Source: Octopus vulgaris (lineage: Eukaryota). Taken from it: DNA of 64,000 nucleotides. Positions 13,280 to 26,858 of the stretch are shown piece after piece; the first letter of the stretch is position 1; each line of letters opens with the position of its first letter. The notes beneath the pieces were generated by a model. It made no database searches, was not told the origin of the DNA, and saw nothing but the letters and a program-made list of their open reading frames with translations. The stretch spans positions 96,348,001-96,412,000 of the forward strand of contig OX597819.1 of the NCBI GenBank assembly GCA_951406725.2, in the 5' to 3' direction. Position numbers and translations under genes: made by a program.

Positions 13280-13496
13280 TAAGGGGTTGCTAAAAAGTTC
13301 CTGGTTTTAAGGGTATCGCGAAAAGACTGGTTGGAGGCCCAACATTCCCATTTCTTTTACAGGGCTTAGAAAAACTGAAGGACCGCCGCAATAAGTGTGT
13401 TTATCTGAAAGGTGAATATGTTGAATGAAATCATAATTAATTGATTCTCCTGTATTTTCTTTTACCAAAAGTCAGGAATTTTTCAGCAGCCCCTGG
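13280..13496 (+). mobile_element. Mariner-derived MITE with TA TSD
   Basis: TIRs AGGGGTTGCTAAAAAGTTCCTG / CAGGAATTTTTCAGCAGCCCCT, TA flanks, residual KCVYLKGEYVE* transposase C-terminus. Confidence 0.8.
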
Positions 13497-13634
13497 TATT
13501 GTTCAAAGATTATAATATCTGGGAAGTTTGCTTTAAACTCTGAACATGAAGAGGTTTTAATAGAATCTTATGTGCTTTTATACCACTTGTTTTTGTACAA
13601 TTATAAGTATTATATATGTGTGTGTGTGTGTCTG

Positions 13635-13950
13635 TGTGTGGTACGAAGCCTACTTCCTAACCACATGGTTTCGGGTTCAGTCCCACTGTGTGATACCTTG
13701 GGTAAATGTCTTCTAATATATCATCGGGCTAACCAAAGCCATGTGAGTGGATTTGGTAGACGGAAACTGAAAGAAGCCCGTTGTATATATGTATATGTTT
13801 GTGTGTCTGTGTTTGTCTCCCACCATCGCCTGACAACCGATGCTGGTGTGTTTACGTTCCCGTAATTTAGCGGTTCGGCAAAAGAGGCCGATGCAATAAA
13901 TACTAGGCTTACAAAGAATAAAGCTTGGGGTCAATTTATTCGACTAAAGG
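13635..13950 (+). mobile_element. SINE family A, 3'-truncated
   Basis: Similarity to 3420 copy; ends abruptly at the hAT fragment. Confidence 0.85.
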
Positions 13951-15345
13951 CCTGTTGTGCCATCCTTGACGAGTACAGCGGCCTGGGCCTCAACCTGCCA
14001 GTACACAAGAAGTGCGCAGCCCATATCTTCAACTTGGTAGCCAGCGCGGATACCGACAAGGCTCTTGACGGTGCTTCGTTCAAGTCGGCCTACAGGAAGG
14101 TCATGTCCAAAGCACAATAGCTGTGGAATCTGCAGCACGGTAGCGGCAGACAGCATTCTGAATGCGTTGAAGAGGAGGCTGGTGGTCCCCAACAGTACCA
14201 GATAGAACTCTACCTATGACTCTGCTGTTGTCAACAACCTGCTGGAGAAGAATAGGGGAGCTGTCCACAGGGTGATGACACAGCTGAAGTTGCAGACATT
14301 CACTGATTCAGATGTCGGCTTCCTGACGGAGAACGCCCAGGTGATGTCTAATGTTGCCAAGGCCTTGGCTAAAATCCTGGGGGAGGACCAGGCCTCTCTC
14401 GAGAGCCTTCTGCCAACTGTAGCGTCTACTGTCACAAAGATGAAGGATGCTAAGTTCAAGCATCTTTTGTGGTGCAGTCTTCTGGTAGACGCAATACTGG
14501 CAGGCATCACGAAGAGGTTTGAGCTCCCCCTAGAAGACTTGGAGCGCCACCTGGCTGCTGCCTTCCACCCAAAGTTTCGCTTGTTCTGGCTGGAGCAGAA
14601 TAATAACAGCCAGGCTAGCAGAGTAACGAAAGCCATGGATACCGTCGTAGAGCCAGCCCTAATGGAGACCAATGAGGAGGGCAGCAGCACCAGCAGCAAT
14701 GAAGATGAGGAAGATGAGAGAACAGGAACAACAGGTCACTAAAGTCCAAAGCGCAGAACTTGGTGAAGACCTGACTCGAGGCCATCTCGAAGGAGGTCCT
14801 GACTGAAGTTGCCTTTTTGGGTGAGCTGTCTTGATCGATCTGTTCACCAAATATAACACCGCCATCCCATCCAGTGCTGCAGTTGAGCGCCTATTCTCTA
14901 TAAGCAAAGATATGTTGAGGGCCAAGAGAGCCGTCCTGTCAGATGGTAACTTTGAGAGGCTGATGTTTATGAAGGGCAACCAGCATCACGCCGAGGTGAT
15001 AGAGACGGCCCAGCCAGAGTAGTACACCTTGATCATCATCTAATCGTGGCTTGATACCTATGCTATTCTATAACTTCTTGATTCATTTAATACTTTTTGA
15101 ATAGTAAATAACGTGTATGTTGACTGCAGAACTAAGTTTTAATTTCATTGGTTCATTTAACTATTTGCGTACACCTTGATTATCATCTGATCCTGGCATG
15201 TTATGCCTTTTTGGAAAGCTCTATGTCTAAGCTACAACATGAAAATTTCATCTCTGTAGGTCTGTTTTTGAGGGTTTTAGAGCCCCAAAAACCAAACCGA
15301 AGCTAAATTCTTATGATAAAATATAGCGGTTATCAGTTATTGTTA
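13951..15345 (+). pseudogene. GC-rich hAT transposase 3' half (Tol2/hobo-like) with 3' UTR
   Basis: AAHIFNLVA, PNSTR*NSTYD (RWNS), AAAFHPKFRL, KYNTAIPSSAAVERLFS...LSDGNFERLMFMK dimerisation motif; stops and frameshifts. Confidence 0.85.
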
Positions 15346-15363
15346 GTTCCGCTATTTCTTTTT

Positions 15364-15395
<32 letters not shown>

Positions 15396-15438
15396 GCTTG
15401 CCTTATGTTGTTGAGGGTTTACATTTAAATTTACAATA

Positions 15439-15600
15439 GGCGTAGGAGTGGCTGTGTGGTAAGTAGCTTGCTTACCAACCACATGGTTTCGGGTTCAGTC
15501 CCACTGCGTAGCACCTTAGGCAAGTGTCTTCTACTATAGCCTCGGGCCGACCAGAGCCTTGTGAGTGGATTTGGTAGACGGAAACTGAAAGAAGCCCGTC

Positions 15601-15692
<92 letters not shown>

Positions 15693-15896
15693 TTGAGTGT
15701 CTGTATTTGTACCCCCCCAATATCGCTTGACGTCCAATGCTGGTGTGTTTACGTCCCCGTAACTTAGCGGTTCGGCAAAAGTGATCGATAGAATAAGTAC
15801 TAAGCTCACAAAGAATAAGTCCTGCGGTCGATTTGCTCGACTAAAGGCGGTGCTCCAGCATGGCCAAAGTCAAACGACTGAAACAAGTAAAAGAGT
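15439..15896 (+). mobile_element. SINE family A, full length
   Basis: A/B boxes, body and tail match 3420 copy. Confidence 0.9.
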
Positions 15897-16584
15897 AGGT
15901 TATTATTACTGCAATTATTTTTGTTGTGACAGAGTTTTCGGCATCTCCAACGATATCTACGACACCGATTTCTTTAATGTGAGCCACAATATTTATAACA
16001 AAGCTGATATGCGTCAGTAGCCATGGAAAAACATAACAAATGTGTATGAAATAAACGTGGTATTTGTTTGTGCGCCTGATAGAATGCTTTGCATTATTTG
16101 TTCCGGTATTTTGCTCATTTAGTTAAAATCCCTGAAGGTCAACTTTTCATCTCTTCGATAAAAAGGTATTAGTTCAGGATAGGTAAATTGTATGACACAA
16201 CCAAGTTCAAACATATTTGAAATGTCTGCAAGATTGTTTTGCAAGCCTGTGTGAATGGTATTCACCCATTTATAAATTAATTAAAGCATTTTAATAAGTA
16301 AAACGATTTAGATATATTAAAAAATGATTGAAACGATTGTTTCTAATTTTGTCATAAGAACGGTAGTTTTAGGCAGTAGGGCGGGGGTGGCAACGTCCAT
16401 TACACCGATCCCAGTGCTAATCTGATACTTTATTGACCCTTATAGGATGAAAGACAATGTTGATCTTGGCAAAAATTGAACTGTGAACTTAAAGAGCCGG
16501 TACAGACATTTATTTCCAAGGCTGTAACGATTCTGCCTATTCACTGCCGTTATAACTGAAATTATATTCTTTTATTCTTTGATT

Positions 16585-16794
16585 ATTCTATACGTCTCAG
16601 TCATTTCACTGCGGCCATGCTGGAGCACCACCTTAAAAGGTTTTTGGTCGAAGAAATCGACGCCCGAACTTATTTTTGTAAGCCTATTTCTTATTCTATC
16701 ATTCACTTTTGCCGAACCACTAAGTTATGGGGACATGCGCGCCACCGTCAAGCGATGGTGGGGTGACAAATACAGACACAAAAACGCACAAACA

Positions 16795-16826
<32 letters not shown>

Positions 16827-16975
16827 CGACGGGCTTCTTTCAGTTTCCGTGTATCAAATGCACTCACAGGGCTTTGGTCGGCCCGCGGCTATAGCAGAAG
16901 ACACTTGCCCAAGGTGCCAGGATGTGGAACTGCATCCGGAACCTTATGGTTGGGAAGCAAGCTTCTTACCACAAA
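16585..16975 (-). mobile_element. SINE family A
   Basis: Reverse-complement similarity. Confidence 0.8.
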
Positions 16976-17758
16976 TCCACGCATACAAACTTTAAGAGAC
17001 GGTTTAAATTCAAAACTAGTACAACTAAAAAAAAAGAAGAAAAATATAGAAGGAATAATAATTTAGTTCGGTTGTGTAGAAAGACTAACGATCAACAATA
17101 TCAGTATTTAAGGAAGGCAAATAGCTCATAATTCTTAAAGAAGTATACATTTAAGTGATACTCTACCAATGTATCTTTATATGAGCATTTTCGCTTTCTT
17201 TTCCTTTATGTTTCAAGATATAATGGGACATTTACGTAGCGCTTGATTCTAATATTATCATTTTTACTCTCAGGGCGGTGAATGCATGAATAGGCAAAGC
17301 TTTGTGAAATTTAGTCGTATCGCTTTACATTCTGAGTTCAAACATATCAAGGTCAAGTACTGAGGTCGATATCCCCGTCTATTTACTCCTCATGAAATTT
17401 GTAGCTTTATACATTTGTCAGTAATCAATATCACTTCTGTTTTCCTTACTTAACCAACTTCAGAAAACAACTTTGAATAAAGAAAGAAACATCTTTAAAT
17501 CAATTGTCTTTGAACAATTTACAATTCCCGGAGATTCTTTGAAGATTATAATAGCATAATACAACAGGTAACAGACTATACTTTGAAGAATATCTTATAG
17601 TTCTGCTTTGTTGTTGATGACTATTAACATTGTATTGTAGCTCTTATTTCTTTCCCTATCATGTATATGCAAGTATGTGTGTGTACGTATGAATAAATGG
17701 ATGAATGTATGTATGTATATAGATGTATGTATGTTCGTATCCACGTATATTTATGTAT

Positions 17759-17854
<96 letters not shown>

Positions 17855-17926
17855 GTGTGTGTGTATCAATGTTGGTATATATGTATATATAGTTTACTGC
17901 TATTGAATATTTATTTCGTGGCCAAC

Positions 17927-18135
17927 CTACCTACCTACCTACCTACCTACCTACCTACCTACCTACCTACCCACCACCTACCCACCTACCTACCTACCTA
18001 CCTACCTACCTACCTACCCACCCACCTACTACCTACCTACCAACCTACCTACCTACCTACCAACCTACCTACCTACCTACCTACCTACATACCTACCCAC
18101 CCACCTACCTACCTACCTACCTACCTACCTACCTA
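17927..18135. repeat. (CCTA)n microsatellite followed by (GTAT)n
   Basis: Direct reading. Confidence 0.95.
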
Positions 18136-18462
18136 GTAGTTGTAGTACGTACGTAAGTACGTACGTATGTATGTATGTATGTATGTATGTATGTATGTAT
18201 GTATGTATGTATGTATGTATGTATGTATGTATGTATGTGTCTGTCTGTTTGCCTACTTAGGTGTGTGTCGTCACGTTTGTTTTTAGATAGGAACTAATTC
18301 TATTAAAACACCAACGAATAATGAATGCTTAATTAGTTTTGTGGACACTTTTACTAACAATATAATGACACCTTCTTTCCTCACCGATTTTCATTCGAAA
18401 ACGATCTAAAAGTATTATTAGAGGACACAATATATGTATCGATAGAGTATCATATGCAGGTC

Positions 18463-18506
<44 letters not shown>

Positions 18507-18593
18507 CACATACATTGTATATGTGACCGCGCGTGTATCGTTGGCGATTTTCTTTCTCCGTCTTCCCATCCTTGGACCTTTCCTTTTTCTATG

Positions 18594-18626
18594 TTTCTGA
18601 CGAAGAGCACCGCTCGAAACGTTAAA
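18594..18626 (+). ncRNA. Minimal type I hammerhead ribozyme within a probable Penelope pLTR fragment (~18520-18725)
   Basis: ttt-CTGACGA-a-GAGC-acc-GCTC-GAAA-CG-TT-aaa: intact core, 4-bp stem II, palindromic ACGT stem III, short stem I. Confidence 0.7.
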
Positions 18627-18839
18627 TCCTCCTTCTTTCTTTTCTTTCCTGAGCGTCCAATAACACTATAATTGTTCCACGTCATCGCGTTGTTGTGTTT
18701 TCTTTTTGTTCATGTTTTGATTAACTATATATATATATATCCACAGTCTCGATTTCAGTAACTATTGTGGCTTTGTAGCTATTTTTAAAAATTGATCTAA
18801 GCACCCGCCACTTACAACCACCACGCGCACACACAAACA

Positions 18840-18907
<68 letters not shown>

Positions 18908-18985
18908 AATACACGCATGCACCCTTATACTGACATACGTACATGCATATGTGTGAATATAAAAATCATGCATTTGCACATATAC

Positions 18986-19034
<49 letters not shown>

Positions 19035-19054
19035 CATACACACACACACATATA

Positions 19055-19095
<41 letters not shown>

Positions 19096-19472
19096 GTATT
19101 TATATAATGCGTTAATGCGTATAACGTAAGCCCGTATGCATACATGTGTTCTGTCTCACACATGTAGATATATAATGTTATATAGAATAAACTATGAATC
19201 AATAACTAAATACAAATATAATTACTTGACTAATTATATTATTGTTTCATATTATAATGATTATGAATGACTTTTATGATTGACTTCTTAATGAATTAGA
19301 TAAAAGCATATAAGGGATTGTATATGTATGTTAACAAACTGATTTGACTTCATAACACGTTACTAACATATATACACTCTTACGTACATATAAAGCAATT
19401 TAAACAGTAAACATCTATATACACACACATAAACAGTCATACATAAGCTGAAAAGGGCTATAAATATCCATA

Positions 19473-19872
19473 GGCGCAGGAGTGGCTGTGTGGTAAGTAG
19501 CTTGCTAACCAACCACATGGTTCCGGGTTCAGTCCCACTGCGTGGCATCTTGGGCAAGTGTCTTCTGCTATAGCCCCGGGCCGACCAATGCCTTGTGAGT
19601 GGATTTGGTAGACGGAAACTGAAAGAAGCTTGTCGTATATATGTATATATATATATGTGTGTGTTTGTGTGTCTGTGTTTGTCCCCCTAGCATCGCTTGA
19701 CAACCGATGCTGGTGTGTTTACGTCCCCGTCACACTAGCGGTTCGGCAAAAAGAGACCGATAGAATAAGGACTGGGCTTACAAAGAATAAGTCCCGGGGT
19801 CGAGTTGCTCGATTAAAGGCGGTGCTCCAGCATGGCCGCAGTCAAATGACTGAAACAAGTAAAAGTAAAAGT
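19473..19872 (+). mobile_element. SINE family A, young copy nearly identical to 3420-3838
   Basis: Shares diagnostic variants ttgctaaccaacc, ctgctatagccccggg and gtcacactagcgg. Confidence 0.9.
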
Positions 19873-20328
19873 TAGTAAAGTAATACCTACAAATGCATAT
19901 ATAGTTATAGGAATATTCGATAACCTTTTACTAATATACATTCACATATACGCACTAATAAGGCAACTTGAATAATAAGGATCTATAAACACACACACAT
20001 ACACACGCACACACTCATGCATAAACGATGACATCCATACTTGTATTCAATTACCTTGTGCCCACACATATACTCACATACGTGCGCATAAATTATCTTA
20101 TGCAGTACACATATGTATATGCAGATACGAGCACACATATAAACACATGAACATGCACTCACACATGAACCAAAATGGACCATGGACATCCATGTTTTGT
20201 CAAAAAACTTTTATTCCATTTTTATTTTATTTATTTTTATTAATATATTTCATTATTTATTATTAATCGTTATTCTTATCCTTTATTTTATTCTTATATA
20301 CGTTAATTCATTATTATTATTATTATTA

Positions 20329-20430
<102 letters not shown>

Positions 20431-20760
20431 TTAAATAAAAAAATAAAAATATTAACGCACGCACTCCCCCACCTCACACACAATAAACACGCTTTCTTTC
20501 ATCTGCTTAGTCGGAGCATTTCAACTGATGAAAATGTAAACTCTGTAATGTCCATTTTGCTCTGGAAAACTTCCACCCAGCATACTCAAAATGCAAAGTT
20601 ATATTATTATATATATTTTGTAATCTAAATTGGGTGTGAAGTGAAACAATTGTAGGCAATGTTAATTAATTAATAGGTTAATTTATATCCATTGAATCTC
20701 TCCCTTTTCAAAATTATTAATTATATATATACACTTTAATATACATTTATATATGTATGT

Positions 20761-20807
<47 letters not shown>

Positions 20808-21396
20808 TGTGTGTGTGTGAGTGTGTATGTGCAAAAAGAAAGAACTATGGACTTTCAGCTATAAAATGCTCTGTTAAAGAGGAGTTAATCAAAAGTTGAA
20901 AATAGCTTGAGGTTGGTCATAATATAAATTGCACACAAATTGTGTTCTTTTTTCTCTCAAGTTCAGATAAAATTCCAAAACAACATATTGAAGCCAGTTT
21001 CATGTCTACTCCCACGTCTTCTGATTTTCGCCAATTACTGTTATATTTATTTCCCCCTAAAAAAAATGAAGTAAGGTTTGCATTTACAATATTAATTGTT
21101 ATTGTTGACAACGCTCAGATATTAATCCATGATAGGAATTTTGAACAAATTTCATTTAGCAATTAGCTATCTTTATATCATTTTTATTGTAAACATCTCT
21201 AAATGTTGTAAACACATCAAAGCAATAAATATTTATCATCCCCGATGACGATGTGACAAAAGAGTTAAAATAAACAACTATTGTTAATGTCTTGCTTTAT
21301 GTCATGTCAAATATTCTACGGGAATAGACACACACACACGCACACGCATGTACATATATATATACTTCACACAAACATAAATCAATGTATAAAGTA

Positions 21397-22333
21397 TTGG
21401 GTCATTCCATAAAAAATGCGGTATTTTATACTTTTATTTTTCAAAATTAAGATAAAGTCCTATTTTAATCTAAAATATACTCTCCTTCATTTTCTAAAAT
21501 ACTCTTCCATCTATCTGGTTGACTTGCAAGGCCACTCTTCCAAACTTCACTCGTCCGTGACGAAAAATACTCCTCCAGTACTGTTCTGACCTCGTCTACA
21601 GAATTCATATTTTTTCGTCCAAATTATTTTGAAGACTACGGAATAAATGATAATCAGATGGTGGGTAGTGTGCAGCGAAAATGGTTGTGAGGCATCGCTT
21701 CCGATTCAAACTGCTTCAGCCTTTGGAATGTCCAGCTCGCTGTATGTGACCGAGCATTATCCTGATGGAAGAATACCTCTCGTTTTGAAACCAAAGATGG
21801 TCGTTTTCCATCTAGCACTAACTTAGCCGCTCGGGCTGCTCGCAGTAGATCTCCTTTGTTATTGTTTGGTTTGGGTTTAAAGTTCAAAGTGGATTAAACT
21901 TTTCATATTCCACCAAACAAATAACAACACCTTAAGTGGGTGAAGACCTTCTTTATCCTGGGGTGCCGGTGTTTCTCCTTTCCCTACCCACTGACTTCGA
22001 CGCTTGACAATTTTATAGACAACCCATTTCTCGTCACCAGTCCTATTCGGTCCCAAAAAAGTTCATTCATGAGATGTGACAGCAAAGAAGATCACACATT
22101 CACTCTCTGCACGGGATTAGACTCGGAAAATTTGTGAGGAACGCATTGGCACAATTTGCTGACTTTTCCGATGGCACGCACGTATCGATGAATGGTTGAA
22201 CGACCAAACCCAAGCTTCTCAACTAGTTCCTCAAAAGTTACGGTGGGATTTTGTTCCACCAGGGTTTGCAGGACGTCCTCGTCGAGCTCTACAGATCTTA
22301 CAGGACAAAGCTCGTCTTCTAGGCTGTAGTTTT
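21397..22333 (-). mobile_element. Mariner (DD34D) transposon, decayed, 5'-truncated
   Basis: TGDEKW, FFHQDNARSH, SDYHLFRSLQ, EGEYILD*; terminal TA|TTGGGTCATTCCATAAAAAATGCG. Confidence 0.9.
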
Positions 22334-22528
22334 CGTATGTATGTATGTATGTATGTATGTATGTATGTATGTATGTATGTATGTATGTATGTATGTATGT
22401 ATGTGTGTATGTGTGTATGTATGTATATGCACGTGTGTATATGTGTGCATGTGCTTGCAGCATAAGGGTCTTATTTTAAATTGTAGAGCAGGCAATTAGA
22501 TATTTGTATATAGATTGTAAAAAAAAGT

Positions 22529-22788
22529 GGAGGCGCGTGGCTTAGTGGTTAGGGTGTCAGCATCATGATCGTAAGATTGTGGTTTCGATTCTTGGACCGG
22601 GCGACGCGTTGTGTTCTTGAGCACGTTCATTTCACATTGCTCCACTCCACTCAGCTAGCAAAAATGAGTAACGCTGCGATGGACTGGCGTCCCATCCAGC
22701 TGGGGAACACATTCACCATTGAAACCGGGAAACTGGGCCCATGAGCCTGGCTAGGCTTTAAAAGGGCGCATTTATTGTTTTTTTTAAT
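22529..22788 (+). mobile_element. tRNA-derived SINE with Meta/CORE-like central domain and 16-bp TSD
   Basis: A-box TGGCTTAGTGG, B-box GTTTCGATTC, CTGCGATGGACTGGCGTCCCATCCAG; TSD tatatagattgtaaaa at 22507-22522 and 22789-22804. Confidence 0.85.
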
Positions 22789-23673
22789 TATATAGATTGT
22801 AAAATGTTGATCTTTGAGAATTGATACATTTTACATCTAACTAAGTGAAATAACATTTTAGGAATGGATAAATATTTCGTACTAAGTGTTAAATTCTACA
22901 ATAATAATCTTCTACTAAGTGTTAAATACAGGTTCAATAATTAAGACAAAAAAATTAATTATGATGAATTCTATTCTGAGAACTCAATGAAATCACTGAC
23001 TGATCGAAAACTTGTTTGACTCGGAGGGATTTGAACCCAGAACGTATGTAACTAAATACTATTTACCCACCGCCCTATCAGATCTAGAAAATTTCATTCG
23101 TCTAGAACTAATGATATAAATTACTTGGGTTATTAGATATGTATAAACGTGACTACTTAGTAAGTTTCTATGTGTCTGTAAATTAATTTTAGTTAATCAC
23201 TGATGTTAACTCAAGTATTGAGCTCATTTTGTAACATAATTTCTTTACAGGTATATATAAATAATCTAAACCCTTCTATTCGTTGAAGTCTTATATCCGA
23301 AGGGAAGCTCTCAAGGCAACTATGTTGCGGCGATACATTAGCAGCCATTTAAACGATATAGTCACAAGACACTCTTATTATGTAGACCTCCTGTTGCTGG
23401 CTGTACTATTACCGCGACCACAGCATTGTCGTTTACGTATATTTTTTCATCTGTAACTCAGTTTTCGTCAAGTGATTTGAACAATAAGGTAAAAAAACTT
23501 CAGAATACGCGACAGCAGGGTTAGATGATCTGGTCATAAATTACTTTCGCCCATTTCATTTATGACTGATCAACAATAATAAGAAAAAGAGATAGAGGAG
23601 TGTAGCATCAGAAAATATGTAGATGTATAAAAAGATATTTAACAAGTTGATAATAAAAATGGCAAAACGACGA

Positions 23674-23713
<40 letters not shown>

Positions 23714-24213
23714 GAGTGAGAGAGCAGTGCATGCCATCAAAATGACCCTGGGGTAAAATATACGAAGCCCAGTATACCCATCACGATTACCTATCTGATA
23801 AGGGTACACCAGACACATGCATCACAACCATATGTGCGCGACATGGCAATTTTATATCAAGACAAACAGCGCATGACCTTGCAGGTGGGGCCCAGTTAGA
23901 ATTTTCTTCACGTCGAGTAGCCCATCCCACTCAAGAGGGCACTGAATAAGGTTTGTTTTAAGGATGATGAACAAAACATCCACGTTTCCCAAAGAATTCC
24001 TTTCAACACAAGGTTATGATGCCCCCCCACCACCACTAATTCTGCTCGTGATCAGAGATGCATATATCGTCAGCCACTAAGGAACATGCTCAATTGGTTA
24101 AGGTCAAGCAAGTGACAAGCAAATCTGTAGTATTGAGCAGAATATTTGCTGTAGCCCGTCTTTTATACGAAGACAAAACAATGTACATAACACTTCCAAT
24201 CAGTTAAGATCAG
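23714..24213 (-). mobile_element. Probable LINE 3' UTR-like interspersed repeat with (TAA)n tail
   Basis: Non-coding, higher GC, abuts (TTA)n on its 3' side; family not identified. Confidence 0.4.
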
Positions 24214-24254
24214 ATTACCCTCCCCATCCTTCTCCTCCTCCTCCTCCACTACCA

Positions 24255-24595
24255 CTTTTAGGCCCTTTCTTTCAATATCGTTCTTGTTCAGTGCCCTCTA
24301 TTTTTGCTCGCTTCTAAGCTCTCCCTTCTCTTTTTGGTCTTACACAGAAATGTCCTTCGAGAGCATATCTAACCCTGCCTATACTCTTCTTTTCTACCAT
24401 GGATCTTTTCTTTTGTCACTCCCATTATATTTCTTTTTCTTGACATCAACACCCAAATTTTCTGCTACAACAATACTTGCTGTCTTGATCAAATTATTTG
24501 TTTCTGTGATGTTTTTTGTTTTGATGTATTTCAGAATTTCATTCACATTTTTCGTTTCTTGGTTCTATTTCCACCGATCAACTTTTTTAAGGTTG
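24255..24595 (-). mobile_element. R4/Dong-type LINE pre-RT ORF fragment
   Basis: TETNNLIKTASIVVAENLG...DPW*KRRV...KGEL resembles the PWWKRR region of R4-clade ORFs. Confidence 0.6.
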
Positions 24596-24596
24596 C

Positions 24597-24598
<2 letters not shown>

Positions 24599-24658
<60 letters not shown>

Positions 24659-24672
24659 GCAACAGCAACAGC

Positions 24673-24736
<64 letters not shown>
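24599..24736. repeat. (AAC)n microsatellite
   Basis: Direct reading. Confidence 0.95.
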
Positions 24737-24738
<2 letters not shown>

Positions 24739-25439
24739 TATTATTATGAGTGTAGGATGGCAAAAAAGTAAAATTGCTTAAAGAAACTTGTGTTTCATTA
24801 GAAATTACCTGTTAAACATTAGAAATTACTTGTTAAACATTAGCAACATGACTTTCGTTTACTAAATACAAATACAATAGGATCTGCATATATTTTGAAT
24901 GAATAAACTTCTATTAATTGAGATGATCTACGCAATTAGCAGACAAAATTTTCAAACTTTCTCTAGAGTTGCTTAAAATTTTCGAAGTTCAGTTTAGTCC
25001 GCTAGATGTGACAATAGCGAAAAACATGTTTGGCTAGCTTGGCTCGAAAAAAAACTAACAATGAACGCCTCTTCAGTATAATTCTGGGAAAAGTTTTAGA
25101 AAATATACCCTAATGATAATAACACGCGTATTTAAATAATTCATTGGAGAAATGTCGGGCGGATAAGAAGAGATGGGGTGGGGTTGAGCGAGAAAGATTT
25201 AGGTGATTGTTATTGGTGAATTGTTGAAAAGAAAAGATAGTATACACACACACTAGTTTATATAGCTTAAATAGTTTATATAGCTTAAATAGTTTTACAC
25301 ATATACAGAAACACACACACATATGCACGCTCTAATACTCATACATGTTTATATATGTGTATATGTATACACAGCTATCTCAAAAGTAAATAAACACCAA
25401 TATTTTTGAAAGATTTATTTCTCCTTTCGTCCTTATATA

Positions 25440-25770
25440 TATACTGGTCGAAGAGGTCTTTTTCTAGCTGCTCTGCCATAGGAGCAAAGTTGACAGAGAT
25501 GCACCACAAAAGTTCTCCAACTCATCTGACGTCGCTTTGCAACATCAGTTGCCTTACAACAAAGATTGTTATCAACAATATGCTTGACAGCCTGCAGACA
25601 TGTGTCAGCGGGCAAGCAGGATTCTGTTGAGTCCTTTTTCTTTGCTGGTCAAAAACAGTTTGGTCGCTTGTTTCTCTGGAGATTGTTAAAGTGATATGGA
25701 TACCTCTGATGAGAACCCAATAAGGTTGGTCATAATTTTTTCACTCTGCGGAGAAATGGCTAAAATTTGC
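25440..25770 (-). pseudogene. Possible piggyBac (PGBD-like) transposase C-terminal remnant
   Basis: LIGFSSEVSISL, LPADTCLQAVKHIV, CKATD, VHLC loosely fit the Cys-rich C-terminus; heavily decayed. Confidence 0.35.
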
Positions 25771-25820
25771 CGTTTATAATTATACCATACGTTACCATAT
25801 GTTACGTAATATACTCTGTG

Positions 25821-25889
<69 letters not shown>

Positions 25890-26523
25890 TATTCAAAGAA
25901 ATTCCAATTCTGTCTGTGTTTTATTTATATTCTATTTTATTTTATTTATATTCTATATAATATTAATGTAGAATATAGAATATGTCTTTGTGTCTGTATT
26001 CGTCCCTCATCACCGCTTGACAACCAGTGTTGGTGTGCTTACGTCCCCGTAACTTAGCTGTTCGGCAAAAAAAAACCCCGATAGAATAAGCACTAAGCTT
26101 AAAAAATACGTTCTGAGGTCTATTTGCTCGCCTAAAATCCTTGAAGCCGGTTTTCCAGCATGGCCGCAGTCATATGAGTGAAACAAATAAAAGAATAAAA
26201 GAAAACACACACACGCGCGCGCGCACATGTATAAGGATTCAGTTGTTCCATCAACTAAATTATCTGCTCCTTACTTAAAGTGTATGTAGCTGAGCACCCC
26301 TGTCATACCTCTCAGTCAGAATAAGAATGACACAGTGCGTATAATCCACCCGACTAACTTCTATAGAAATTTTGAGTTTCCGTGTATCTATTTCCACTCA
26401 CAAGGTATGGGACGATCCGATACTTTAGACAATGATATTTGCCCGACGTGCGATGTGGTGACGTCGAACTCGGCCCCTGTGGGTACAAAGCGAACCACTT
26501 AACACACACACACATAAACACAT

Positions 26524-26858
26524 AAAATTAGAAATCTTGCATTTTTAAAATCTCTCAGAGAGATTTATACAGTAACAGCACAATAAAGTGATGGTTTGTT
26601 GCCAACTTAATGTGGCAGTCCCAGGGAAGGGAAGAATGCTACTGCTATTTAGCCCCCGGAAACACCGTATCCAGTTGGCTATGTGATATAAAGCATTTTG
26701 TGACCTTTAGTTTTAAAATAGGGGAGATAAGCACATCCATCCAGCAAAGCCAGCATCCAGAGACTAGTTTCAGAGTCATTGCTCTTCATCAGTTTGCTGT
26801 AGTTTGGCTTGCTAGCTGTCGATGCTTATTCGCCTTTGAAAACTTAAAGAATTTCAAG
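26524..26858 (-). mobile_element. Hammerhead-containing retrozyme/pLTR monomer, minus-strand copy (HHR 26757-26797)
   Basis: Reverse complement of 27171-27213 joined to 26859-27148; core intact, stem I weakened. Confidence 0.75.

Noticed and set aside
25705-25735. CTGATGA plus hairpin
   Set aside because: No downstream GAAA core.
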